This document shows positions 25,129-37,782 of a stretch of 64,000 nucleotides of DNA, piece by piece. The translations under genes and the position numbers were made by a program. Positions within the stretch are counted from its first letter, which is position 1. Each line of letters starts with the position of its first letter. The stretch is taken from positions 62,682,001 through 62,746,000 of the forward strand of contig NC_043006.1 of NCBI RefSeq assembly GCF_006345805.1, written 5' to 3'. Origin of the DNA: Octopus sinensis. Its lineage: Eukaryota. The notes under the pieces were generated by a model. It saw only the letters and a list, made by a program, of their open reading frames with translations. It did not search any database and was not told the DNA's origin.

Positions 25129-25690
25129 AAATGCCCTTATGCATCATGAGGCAGTGGCTTTCATGGCTTCTCATCTAAACTGATTGAGAATGTTATCATG
25201 TACATTGTTTTATGTTGGTATAAAAGATGCGGTACAACAAATATTCTGCTCAATACCACAGATTTGCTTATCACTTGCTTGACCTTAACCAGTTGAGCAC
25301 GTCTTTAGTGGCTGACGATATGTGCGTCTCTGATCAGTAATTGAAGTAGTCGGGGAGCATCATAGCCATATGTTGAGAGGAATTCTTTAGGATTTGGATA
25401 TTTCACCTTTGGAAACAAGGCTGTTTCGCTCAACATCCTTAAACAACCCTTATTCAGGGACCTTGTGAACGGGGTGGGCTAATCGGCCTGAACGAACGAG
25501 GTGGGATATCTGGGCCCCACCTGGATGATCATGCGCGGTTTATCTTGATATGAGATCACCATGTCGTGCACATATGGTTGTGATGCATGTGCCTGGTACT
25601 CCCTTATCAGACGGGTAATCATGATGGGTATACTGGGCTTCGTATATTTTACCCCGGTGACACTTTCATGGCATTCACTGCTATCTTAAT
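25129..25690. mobile_element. ~530-bp AAT-associated repeat, full-length copy 3
   Basis: Flanked by (AAT)n on both sides; ends CACTTTCATGGCATTCACTGCT. Confidence 0.88.
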
Positions 25691-26669
25691 AATAATAATT
25701 GCTCCACCAACTCAATCCTAATCCTGCTGCAGATGCTGCTGACTAAAAATTAGAAAGGATCGACAATGGCCTGAATTGAGTTTAACAGACATTTATATGC
25801 CACCATTTTTCAACAACACACCAGCTCATTAAATAGAACACATTCTATTGATTATTGATTGGGCTGATAAAGATCAGCCCAGTCACAACTGGCAATCGTA
25901 CAGCATGCCCGCTTTCAAGACTTTCATTTAACATTTGATATATTATATCTGTGTTGTTTTGTTTATTGAAGCTCAGATGACTGGTAGAGTGCCAAAGGGA
26001 ATCTGTTTACGATCACATCTCAAATTTGTGGCTACGACTTCAACGGGGAAAAATATACTTAGTAATACTGAATTGTATGAATGAAAACAATTCGAATAAC
26101 AATACCCATGTGTTTTTCATCCGTATTATAAGCATTAATGTAAAGCAATCCGAAATAATAGATCCTTCCCGCCAGCTTGAATTCACGTAGCTATCTTCTA
26201 CTGATGCTCTTCGATGACTTTAAGTATGTATATTAAATCAAGCAGACATATACCGCCACATACTTTAATTTTATTGTGCTCGTTCGATGTTTCACAAGAT
26301 TCTATATCCCATCATTCTAGATATACAAAAGAGCGTAGAATGGCATGAACTAAAAATTATGAATCATAGATCTCATTGATAAAGCTAACTCTTGTATTTT
26401 TCTCTAAAATCTTTATGACAACCATATACCGTTTGTAAAAAGTGTATCCAGTGTCAGTTTGTGACCTTGTAGGAGAAATATTAAAGCTTGTGATGGAATT
26501 TCATTTAACTAATTATATAACGTGGGCTACATTAATATACGTTCAAAGCAATAGGAAGTATGCAATTTAAAGTTTTCTGAGCATACATAAGATACGATTT
26601 CAATTTTGACTAGTCTAGAGGTGAATCACTCTTTGAATCAGCTGTCTATATTTGCTATGCAATATTAAC

Positions 26670-26913
26670 ATATGGCGTAGTGGTTAAGAGCGCGGGCTAC
26701 TAATCCCAATATTCCGAGTTCGATTCCAAGCAGTGATCTGAATAACAATACTATCGAAAACTACCCTGGTTCGAAATTTCCCTAAGACCCATGGTGAAGG
26801 CTGGAGGTTATATCAGCCGAAATGTTGTGTTAACAACAAACGAAGACAAATATCCGTGAAATGTAAATAATGTAAACAATGTACATAATTCCACATCTCT
26901 TAAATATAGAACT
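26670..26913 (+). mobile_element. tRNA-headed SINE-like element with an internal hammerhead-like motif
   Basis: A-box TGGCGTAGTGG (26673) and B-box GAGTTCGATTCC (26716), then GACCC-ATGGTGA-A-GGCTG-gaggttatat-CAGCC-GAAA-TG-TT-GTGTT (26786-26831). Confidence 0.7.
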
Positions 26914-26997
26914 AAATTTTAATATGTTAGGGGGACTAAATAGGTAAACTGATATATGAAAGAAAAAAAACGTTGCAGTCGACATTTGATTATCTTA

Positions 26998-27153
26998 GGT
27001 GTAGGAGTGACTGTGTGGTAACTTGCTTATGAACCATATGGTTCCGGGTTCAGTCTCACCACGTGGCAACTTGGGTAAGTGTCTTCCATTATAGCCTCGG
27101 CCCGACCAAAACCTTGTGAGTGGATTTGGTAGACGGAAACTGAAAGATGCCCG

Positions 27154-27209
<56 letters not shown>

Positions 27210-27425
27210 ATATGTTTGTCTGTGTTTGTCCCCCCAAAATCGCTTGACAAACGATGCTGGTGTGTTTACGTCCCCGTAACCTAGCGGTTCGGCAAAAGAG
27301 GCCGATAGGATAAGTACTAGACTTACAAAGAATAAGTCTTGGGTTCGATTTGCTTGACTAAAACCGGTGCTCCAGGATGGCCACTGTCAAATGACTGAAA
27401 CAAGTAAAAGATTAAAAGAGTAAGA
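26998..27425 (+). mobile_element. CORE-type tRNA-SINE, full length
   Basis: Same family as 6735-7176. Confidence 0.9.
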
Positions 27426-27583
27426 GAGTATAAATAAGTATATAAATGTGTTCAATTTCTAAGAAAAATAAATCTTTTCATCTCACTTTTCTCGATTAAT
27501 CAAAAATGTTCACCCTTCATGTGTAACATACAACGACAAACATCATTTTCGGGTTTTGCGTCTATTACATATTTCTTTCTGTG

Positions 27584-27658
<75 letters not shown>

Positions 27659-28031
27659 ATATGTTTGTCTGTGTTTGTCCCCCCAAAATCGCTTGACAAA
27701 CGATGCTGGTGTGTTTACGTCCCCGTAACCTAGCGGTTCGGCAAAAGAGGCCGATAGGATAAGTACTAGACTTACAAAGAATAAGTCTTGGGTTCGATTT
27801 GCTTGACTAAAACGGTGCTCCAGGATGGCCACTGTCAAATGACTGAAACAAGTAAAAGATTAAAAGAGTAAGAGAGTATAAATAAGTATATAAATGTGTT
27901 CAATTTCTAAGAAAAATAAATCTTTTCATCTCACTTTTCTCGATTAATCAAAAATGTTCACCCTTCATGTGTAACATACAACGACAAACATCATTTTCGG
28001 GTTTTGCGTCTATTACATATTTCTTTCTGTG

Positions 28032-28035
<4 letters not shown>
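27155..28035 (+). repeat. Near-identical tandem duplication, period 448-449 bp
   Basis: CGCTTGACAAACGATGCTGG at 27241 and 27690; identical ORF starts at 27519 and 27967. Junctions lie in (TA)n. Confidence 0.93.
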
Positions 28036-28099
<64 letters not shown>

Positions 28100-28711
28100 T
28101 GTGTGTGTGTGTGTGGTGTGTGTGTGTGTGTGTTGTGTGTGTGTGTGTGTGTGTGTATGTGTGTGTGTGTCTGTGTGTGTGTGTGTTTTAGATTTGACCT
28201 ATCTCCTCTTTCTAACGATATACATCTCTCCTCCCTCCATCTATCCATAAATGCTACCTATACGTTCTCAAATTTTCATTCACAACACAGAACCCTTTCG
28301 AAAGAGCAACACTGAATCCTCGGCTCCAAGCTTTGAAATTACTAAATATGAACTTCAATACAATATGTTCCTCGAATAATGGAACGGCAACTACAAAATC
28401 TTGATATATCTTATTTCTACATTCGTTCTCTTATTTCCCTCTATATTACCTAACTTTGAAATTCTAGGAACATAAAGCAGGAAATGAGTGAAAATGTTAT
28501 CGGTCAATGTGTTAGATTTTAAATGCACTAAAAGAGAATGATTCTCCGAAGACAACAGAATATGCTATATATGTGTGTGTGTATGTATATGTATATATAT
28601 ATATGCATATATACATATGTTTATATGTATATATATATATGTGTATGTGTGTATCTATGTATATTTATATGTATATATATTTATATATGTATGTATTGTA
28701 TATATATATAT

Positions 28712-29380
28712 GTAAATATGTGAAGTATTATTACTGTTTAAAATAGTAATAATGAGGTGGCGAACAAGATTTCTACCTAAGCAGGTATAATAGAAGGAAG
28801 TTGAAAAGAGAAGGGTAAGCATAACACTTGCTCAATTTCAAAGTGAAATCTCAAAAAAACCCACCGATTCTATGATAAATACACACACGAACAATGTAAT
28901 GAATATTTTTAAAAATAGGCCTACCTTCAGGATGGAATATGAAGGCAGTTTAATACATACTCCAATATCAATAGATTTCATGCTGTGCATGTGAATCATG
29001 CTTTGTAATCCTCAGCTGGAAACAGCATTTAGCATCTATTTCTAAAATATTCATTACGTCAACTCATGTTCTTTCCTAACTTGAAACGTTGCGCTCCGTT
29101 AAAAGAGAAAACTATCGTAAACAGTAAAAAAGTAAATATGTGAAGTATTATTACTGTTTAAAACAGTAATAAAAACGTGGCGAGCAAGACTTCTACCTAC
29201 AGAGGTATAATATAAGATATTTGAAAAAAAGAAGGGTAAACATACTGCTTGCTAAACTTTAAAGCGAAAGCTTAAAAAAACCAGCATTTCTGTGATAAAT
29301 ATACACACGAGCAATGTAATGAACATTTTCAAAAAATAGGCCTACCTTCAGAATGGAATATGAAGGCAGTTTAATACATA
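28712..29380 (+). repeat. Diverged direct repeat (~250-bp copies, period ~420 bp)
   Basis: GTAAATATGTGAAGTATTATTACTGTTTAAAA at 28712 and 29132; both copies run to GAAGGCAGTTTAATACATAC. Confidence 0.88.
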
Positions 29381-29394
29381 CATATATATGCATT

Positions 29395-29765
29395 GTATCT
29401 TTTTTTTCAGTTGCAGTCAATTGACTGTGACCATGCAGGGGCAACGGCTTTAAGGGTTTTAGTCAGAAAAATCACCCTTAGTACATACTTTTTAAAGTCT
29501 GGTGCTCATTCTCTCGGTTTCTGTTGCCGAACCGCTTATTGGGGAGACGTAAACACACCAATACCTGTTGTCAAGCGGTGGTGAGCAACGCTAAGACACA
29601 CACTCATAGATATATACCTATACACGAGGGGCTTCTTTCAGTTTCCGTTTACCAAATCCACTCACAAAATTTAGTCAGTCCGTAGCTATAGTAGAATGCA
29701 CCTGCCTATCGTGCGAGGCACCGAGACTAAACCCAGAACAATGCGGTTGGGAAGCAATCACGTGG
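29395..29765 (-). mobile_element. CORE-type tRNA-SINE
   Basis: Reverse-complement family match (GGGCTTCTTTCAGTTTCCGTTTACCAAATCCACTCACAA). Confidence 0.85.
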
Positions 29766-30676
29766 TATGTATTTATAAACGTATACATGCAACTGTATGA
29801 ATATATATTACATATATGCTTGCACGTGCTTGTGTATAAGCCCGGGCGTGTGTGCGTGTGTTTGTTTGTGTGGCTTTTGTGTGTTTGCTGTGGTGTGGTG
29901 CGTTTGTGTGTGAGTGTGTGTGCATGACTGTATGCGTATGTGTGTGTGTATGAGTGTGTGCGTGTGTTTGAGATAAAGTACACTCCCTCATCTCTTGGCA
30001 CTTGCATTATCTGGCAGAAAGCTTGGTATTAATGTTTCCTAAACAAACATAAGAAACAGAACATGATCCTCATGATTTGATAAATATTTCGTGACCCTTT
30101 TCTTCTAGAAGTCAATAATATTTCTCTTTAGAATTTTCACCACGTCTAGAAACTCCATAACATCTCACTGCCAAAAATATTATCTTGATATGTGATATTT
30201 AATATAAAACTCTGCATAACGTAATTATTGATGAAATGAATTACTAGGAAATGTACCAATATTCCTTTTCCTATTTTAATTTAGAAGCTGTGATTTACAG
30301 AATATAATTTGTAACTTTGCGTATATGTATAAAGTAGATGTACGTGTGTATGTATGTGTGTATGTATGTATATACGTATGCATGTATGGATCTATCTATC
30401 TATACACAAATATGTGTGTGAGTGTCTGTGTGTGCGTGTATGAGTGTATAAATACATGTATGTGTGTGTGTGAATATATACATATATTTGTGTGTTTGTT
30501 GTGTGTGTGTTGTGTGTGTGTATTGTGTGTTTGCGTGCGTGAGTGTGTGTGTTGTGTGTTTATGTGTGTGAGTGTGTATGTATGAGAGAGAGAGAGAGAG
30601 AGAGAGATTGAGAGATATAAAGTACGCTCCCTCATCTGTTGGCAGTCGCATTATCTGCTAGGAAGTTTGCTATAAG

Positions 30677-31058
30677 TTGCAGGCGTGACTGTGTGGTAAG
30701 AAGCTTGCCTCCAAACAATATGGTTCCCGATTCAGTCCCACTACGTGGCACCTTGGTCAAGTGTCTTCTGCTATAGACTCGGCCCACAAAAGCCTTGTGA
30801 GTGTATTTGGTAGAAGGAAACTGAAAGAAGCACATCGTATATATGTGTTTATATGCATATGCTTGTGTGTCTGTGTTTTTCCCCCACTGTCGCTTGACAA
30901 CCGATGTTTGTGTGCTTACGTCCACGTAACTTAGCAGTCTGGCAATAAGAGACAGATAGGATAAGTACTAGGCTCACAAATAAATCCTGGGGTCGATTTC
31001 TTCGAATAAAGATGGTGCACCAGCATGGCCGCAGTCAAATGACTGAAACAAGTAAAAG
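30677..31058 (+). mobile_element. CORE-type tRNA-SINE
   Basis: Family match from head to tail. Confidence 0.88.
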
Positions 31059-31064
31059 TATATA

Positions 31065-31136
<72 letters not shown>

Positions 31137-31214
31137 TGTGTGTTCATAAATTGAAACACACGCGCGCACATGCACACTTAAATATACACACATATGTGTA
31201 TTTGTATATATTTT

Positions 31215-31830
31215 CTTTACTTATAATGGCCCATCAAATGTGTAGACAACATTTATGCAAGACTTTCATCGACCTTCGCCTCTAGCTCACTGCTCTTCGT
31301 TGAAGCCAACGTGGCTGACAATATCGATGAGATAGATAGATCCCGTGGCACTGAGGATACTGAAACAGAACCCGAACAAAAGCTGCAAGCTCTCCTCTCG
31401 TCATGCAGTCCGCTGCATTCTGTTTTAAAACGCTCTACACCAGCATCACACATGGACTTTTGATTAACAGCTAAATCCTCCAGTCGATTGGGAGGGGCAC
31501 CGCATAAAATGAGACAACGCTTCAGACGTTCATGAAAACTAAGTTTTGGACGTCCATGAAGCCTACATCCATCTCTATCTCGCTTTGGAAGCCACTTACC
31601 GGGCATGAGATCCATAAGGCGAACCTAGCGGAGAAATCGACGAAAGATGTAGGCCACAAAGTTGTAGATCCCAGTCCTCATGAGAATTTCGGTATGAGGC
31701 ACCTTTTTCTTCCACGTGAGACCGAGTAAACTTTGGAGTGATCTGATTCGGAACGCTTCCCGTTTGTCTAATCAGGCACCGATAAAGGATCCAGCACTCA
31801 GACTCAAACTGGATGCTGGATACCCAAACA
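31215..31830 (-). mobile_element. RTE-clade LINE 3' fragment
   Basis: GRPKLSFHERLKRCLILCG..LEDLA..GVERF resembles the RTE C-terminus. Confidence 0.6.
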
Positions 31831-32794
31831 CCTGAAGAAACAGAGATTTTTGTGCTTACCTTAACGTTCTTGCTCTGAAAGACACCTTCACTAAGCCTTC
31901 CTTCGAAAATGCCTTCATTACTTAAATAAAAATACTTATGAAAGGTACAATTTAATTATAATTGGACAAGCATGCATATTTTCTAGTGTTAATGATTGAT
32001 TATGTCAACCACATTTTTTATCTATTACTTTTTTTAGTTCAAATCCTGGAGAATTGAAGGCAATGGTAAAATCGATAGACTTCGGAATTAGATCATTAAT
32101 TAATGTAATTGAATACCAACAGCTTAAAGAATTTTGTCCGCCACAGAGCACACATTTTTACTAGTGTTCCTGTAAGATTTTTTAGTAGATCGAAAGCACT
32201 CCACGAGGTTTAAGGTTACCAACTAATGGTTTCACATTTAGACACACGGTACGCAATTTTGAAGGGAATTATTGGAGCACCACCATCGTCACCCGTACCT
32301 GATATGTAGTTCATATTTCGAACCTTGCAAGAATGAAGGGCAAATATGTTCCCAGTAGGATTTTACCTCAGAACATAAAGTCATATAAGAAATACTGATA
32401 AACATACTCCGTTATCTGTACAGAGATTATTGAGCAACAATGACAACTTAAATTATAAATGCATATCTCACATAAGCACATTTAAATCCAAGCTCATTAA
32501 TCTTTTAAGGTTTCTAAATGATATCAAATCACTGGTTCTTCTTGTATCAATTTTAATCATTAAAACGGCAGACAATCTAAGGCATCGTTATTTATGGCTG
32601 TGTTAAAAAACGGTTTACAGTTCATCGAAGTGAGTAGGATTGTATTAGTGCCCATATATTCAGAGTCAGTTTAATATGCACTAACAAAAAACAACCAGAA
32701 AAGTTGATTATAGAAATTTAACCAAGTTAAAAACACGCTTTTCTGCATCTTCCCCACTCCCAGATTACATATCAAACTTTCTACACACTTACCA

Positions 32795-32888
<94 letters not shown>

Positions 32889-32999
32889 TGCTTGTAAAAA
32901 ATTGAAGTCGTGACCAGTATATCGACGTATTTCTATTTATTATAGAAAATATATTTTACCAGCTTTCGAAATCCTAATCATCCTAATTCTTTAGCAACA

Positions 33000-33239
33000 G
33001 CTGCAGCAGCAGTAGTAGTTAGTAGTAGTGGTAGTGGTGGTGGTGGTGGTGGTAGTAGCGGCGGCAGTTGTAGTAAAAATACTTGAACCTTATAAAGCAG
33101 GTGCACAACATATAATGTAATAACAGTAAATTCATGACTGGCGTGTTACTTCCATTATCTGCACGATTGCCAGAGTTACTCGTAATTATAATAATATATA
33201 ATAATAATATTAGTAATAATAATAATAATAAGAAGAAGA

Positions 33240-33290
<51 letters not shown>

Positions 33291-33310
33291 GCTGCTGCTA
33301 CGACTACTAA
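33000..33310. repeat. Mixed trinucleotide microsatellites (GTA/GTG/AAT/CTA)
   Basis: Directly visible. Confidence 0.85.
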
Positions 33311-33599
33311 GCTTTCTTTATTAGACACAGAGGTTTATTAGACACAAAGAAACATTAAGCATTCGTCTAAAAAGATATGTGGGGTGTGTAAAAGCAAGTT
33401 ATATAAAATTAGCAGATGTGAAAGAAGTTGTTTTTGAATTGATGTGAGAGAAATTAATTTTTTTTTTAATTACATAGAATAAGAAACAAATAGCAAAACA
33501 GGCATTGATTAAAGCATGATTTATAGAAACGAATAAATTCTTATAAATTTCTTATTTTAGTTGAACTTTTGAATGTACCTAACGCTCGAAAACCAGTTT

Positions 33600-34020
33600 C
33601 TTCACACACCCTGTACACATCTTACATGAATTATTTTAAATTGTTAGTTCCAGTATGTTCCATGGGCAATGTTTCGGGATCGAGAGGCGAATAAGTGTCC
33701 AAGTCATGTATGTACTTGCTTTAAACCTTCTTGGAAACAATAATATCTAGCTATTTTTTGTGTTCTTTATGTTCTTCGAGTATCTCATAAATTTCCTTAA
33801 TCAATCTCTTCGAGAATTCTGGGGTTTTTTTTTTTGTTACAACCGTGTCAAAATTAGTTTTAATCTAATCAATGTATCAGTATATCCTTTCAGATCACAT
33901 TTTCTTAGCCATCTCCAAATGTTGAGTTTGTCTTTTCCTTCAATTTCTCTCAGGTATTGCCCGTGAGGTGATTTCATTTTCCACTTGTTTACTCTTTCTT
34001 CTTCATCTTGTTTCATAAAT
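33600..34020 (-). mobile_element. R4/Dong-like fragment
   Basis: WKMKSPHGQYLREIEGKDKLNIWRWLRKCDLKGYTDTLI matches the R4 post-RT motif. Confidence 0.75.
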
Positions 34021-34234
34021 GTATATGGGCGCATCGCATTTGCGGGAGGTATTGTATTGTTAATTCTGACAGCAGCAATCAAGGATTCACTCTGCTGTTT
34101 GATGTATCATCCCAGACTCTGTTGTCAGCATCGTTGAAGTAGTAGTAGTGTTCGGCATTTGATACTTTCAGGTAGATTTCTATTGCATCAACTACTACAC
34201 ATCCGTGTTGCTGAGGTGTGGGCAGTATTGATTT

Positions 34235-34655
34235 TATTTTATTGAGAGAGTGCAAACCCTTCCCAGTATTGTAGTGCACCTGTTTGTTTTGTTATGGGGT
34301 TTGGCTGCTGGCCTTTCTATTGTGTGTTGTCTGCATAATGCGAGTTGTTCTTTTGTTTAGTTTACGACCTACATGCAAAAGCTGTTTATCTAATTGGATT
34401 TTTACTGTATAGAGTGTGCCTTGCGTTTGTGGATTGTTTTATTAATGTTGTACTTTTGAATTGATAGTGTCTTGCACAGGACGTGGGCTGATCCTAGCAG
34501 GACTATTGTTTGGTTAGCGTGTAGCGATGAGGGTCCGGATATAGCCCCTACGTTTTTCTCAACAAATTTTTATTTTTGCTATACTCAATACTCCAATTAT
34601 TACCGGCATTGTTTTCACCTCCATGCACAGCATCTTGTATACTTCAATTTCATCG
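34235..34655 (-). mobile_element. R4/Dong-like 3' end
   Basis: EIEVYKML..PVIIGVL..QTIVLLGSAHVLCKTLSIQK, homologous to 23237-23476. UTR ends TGCACTCTCTCAATAAAAT. Confidence 0.8.
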
Positions 34656-35480
34656 TTTTTACGTTGACAACTTCACCACTTTTTCAGAAGCTGTAATCGG
34701 TTTTTCGCAGAATCTCGCGTCCGTCACCGAGAGCCGTGGTAGACTGTCTAGGTACGAAGTAAAGTTCGCTATCGCCTTCGACTCATTGCACCTTCCAAAC
34801 CCCGCAACGCGTTGCTGGAAAGCCACAGAACCGAGTAGCACGTGCCCGTCCCGATCTGTAAAAGACTTGATCGTGGTTTTGTTTCCACGTAGCGTCTCTA
34901 GCTTTCGTCCCATCGTGTTTTAGCGTACGAGCCTTAGCTCTGACAACGCACCCTTCGTGTTTCGCCTCGAAGAAATGGTTAAGAGCCATTCTCGCCGCTT
35001 TCACGTTGGTCGAAATGCCTTCACTAGGAGCCTCTTCTAGTTTGCTAAATAGTTCTCCTTCTAGTCTATTTCTTTCTATAGCTAAATCTTTGCTAAACGC
35101 TATCGATTCTATTCTAATCGCCTTCTTAGTGCGATTCCCCATCGGTTGTTGAAAATAACCCCTGTCAACACTAGTTTGCTAATCCGGTCCCTGTAATCTT
35201 TGCGCGTGTAAGAACACACTAAACTCCCAGTAACCGGGTCTCTGTCTACGGATCCTATCCAAATCACTGAGCGTATCACAGATTTGTGATCTGTGTAGCC
35301 AACCAATTTAAATTGTGTACAACCTATGCTATCCCTATCCTCTGACCTAACAAATACTTTATCTAAATACGAACTGGATGACCCGCTCTGATTGCTCTGT
35401 GTCCACACTGGCATATAAGGGAAATCCAGTCGGTACCTGTCAGAAAGCTGGAAAGTTTTAAAAGGCCTTTCCAGCAGCCT
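34656..35480 (-). mobile_element. Tx1/L1-clade fragment (APE endonuclease end and linker)
   Basis: FQLSDRYRL..PVWT..SYLDKVFV..YTDHK, GCVVRAK and YLDSLPRLS..CEKPITASE. Confidence 0.8.
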
Positions 35481-36432
35481 TTTATCAATAGTTACTTCCT
35501 GGGAATTTTCTATCATAGTTCTATAAACGTCTAACGACGTTAGTCTGTTGTTGGAGTACTTGAGGAGGAAATCCTCAAATTCCAGTCCTTCTTTCTCTAT
35601 CCTGTTTTATTCTGCCTTACAAAAACCACCAATTCACTGTTCCTCTTATTTACAACAGTGAAATTGATGGATACATTTCGTCAACAGTTTGATGAGTATT
35701 TATGAAGTTCTGTAATCCGTTGTTTTCCGGGTCCTTTAGGTTTCATGCTTTGTTGATGATGTTGTTTTTGAAGTTATTGATTTCGTTCTTGCTGTTTTCG
35801 TTGGAGTGGTTGTGAATTGTGTTGCAGTTGTGGTTTCAGAATAAGTTTTTGTTGATTTCTTGGAGTAGATCTATGTACTCACTTCCTCTTTCGCCTACCC
35901 GCTTTTTTCACTGTGATCCGTTGATCGTTCAGCTGTTCCTTCTCCATGTCATTGCAGCTGATGTTGGTTTAGGAGGAAGAGCATACAGGAGGAACTTGCT
36001 TTTCTATGGCAACCGGGGGGGGGGTAGACTCCTTCTTTGTCTTGGTTTGGGAGTGGGTGTTAGCGTGGGTGTGGCAGTAGGTGTAGTGTTCTTGGGCACT
36101 TTTTTATTAATTTGCACTTGTATTTGTAACGTTCGCAGCAGTGGGATTTTATCTTACTTTGTTGGAAGGCATAAGGTTTTTAAAGTGATTTACAGATCCA
36201 TATTTGTGGCATCTTGGCTTTCTACTTACTGCCCACGAACACTGGCAGGTCAGTACCATCTGGGAGATCGATTTGATCGGGCAGCCGGTCGATATGGTCC
36301 TGATTGCATTGCAAGGTCACTTCCATACCTATACCTGACCAGTTTTGCTTAGCTACTTTCTTGACCTCCAGTATTGTGACTTAGTATTTTACCCCACTCT
36401 AACTTTGATGGCATGCACTGCTCTCTCACTCA
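35481..36432 (-). mobile_element. Probable R4/Dong-like 5' region
   Basis: Decayed N-terminal peptides (KRVGERGSEYID). The terminus 36385-36432 is shared with the ~530-bp AAT-associated repeat. Confidence 0.5.
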
Positions 36433-36812
36433 AAAGTAGTAATAGTAATAATAACTAACAACAAGCAACGGTATATTTTATCGACCCCGAAGGATGAAAT
36501 GTTACAACAGCATTAGCAACACCAACAGCAACAACAATAATAATGATTGCTATTAGTCGTAGTTGCTATCAATGCTGTTATATTTTCATATGCACTATAC
36601 CTGGATTATTTGCATTATGTACATGACGTGTTTTTTTTTTCGTCCTCCCTATTTTTCTCCTATATAACGAATGGGCATTTAAGCATGACACAATTTCATT
36701 TTGCGAAGTGCCTAGGGGAATACATTCAAACAAACCTTAACTGAAAACCAGAACGTGCAATCGATACGAAAATAACTTCATATTGATTCATGCCGATAGT
36801 GATTTATATATA

Positions 36813-37110
36813 CAAGAAGAAGAAGGGAGAAGAAGAAGAAGAAGAAGAAGAAGAAGAAGGAGGAGGAGGAGGAGGAGAGAAAGGAGAAAAAGAAGAAGAA
36901 GAAGAAGAAGAAGAAAAGGAAGAGGAAGAAGAAGAAGAAAAGGAAGAGGAAGGAGAAGAAGAAGAAAGGAGGAGAAGAAGAAGAAGAAGAAGAAGAAGAA
37001 GAAGAAGAAGAAGAAGAAAGAAAGAAAGATAGAAAGAAACGAAGGCGAGAAGGAGGGGAGTGAGAAGTGAAGGAAGGGGATAGGGAAGAGAAAGAGAAGG
37101 TGAAGGAGGA
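36813..37110. repeat. (GAA/GGA)n polypurine tract
   Basis: Directly visible. Confidence 0.95.
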
Positions 37111-37242
37111 ACAGGTGTCCAATAAAGCCAGAATGCTGAGGAGAAAATAAATAATTGCTGAAAGCCAATTTAGCCCTTGCCCTACCGAGTCTGATATGAA
37201 ACGCTGTAAAAATGAAATAATAATAAGTGATGTAGTACCAGA

Positions 37243-37782
37243 CAAATGTGCTGATGCAGTACTAGATATAATTCTCAGATGCAGTACCAGACAGTGGATC
37301 CTATGGCTTCTGATCTTAACTGATTGGAAGTATCATCACGTACATTGTTTTGTCTTGGTATAAAAGATGGGCTACAGCAAATATTCTGTTCAATACCATA
37401 GATTTGCATGTCTGTTGCTTGACCTTAACCAGGTGAGCATGCCCCTTAATGGCTGACGATATGTGCATCTCTGATCACGAGCGGAAGTAGTGGGGAAGCA
37501 TCATAGCTATATGTTGAGGGGAATTCTTTAGGATTTGAATAATTCACTTCTGGAAACATAGGTGTTTCATTCAACACCCTTAAACAACCCTTATTCAGGG
37601 ATCTTTTGAGCGGGTTGGGCTACTCGACCTGATGCAAATTCTAACTGAGGTCCCTTTGCAAGGTCATGCACTGTTTATCTTATATGAAATCACCATGTCG
37701 CGCACATATGGTTGTGATTCTTGTGTCCTTATCAGATGGGTAGTTATGATAGGTATATTGGGCTTCGTATATTTTATCCCAG
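37243..37782. mobile_element. ~530-bp AAT-associated repeat, copy 4
   Basis: Homologous to copies 1 and 3. The start motif GATGCAGTAC(C/T)AGA is locally repeated. Confidence 0.85.

Noticed and set aside
26670-26730. Functional tRNA gene
   Set aside because: A/B boxes are present but there is no acceptor stem; treated as a SINE head, as are the other tRNA-like heads.
36778-37245. Poly-E/R/K/S/F ORFs
   Set aside because: Frames of a (GAA)n tract.
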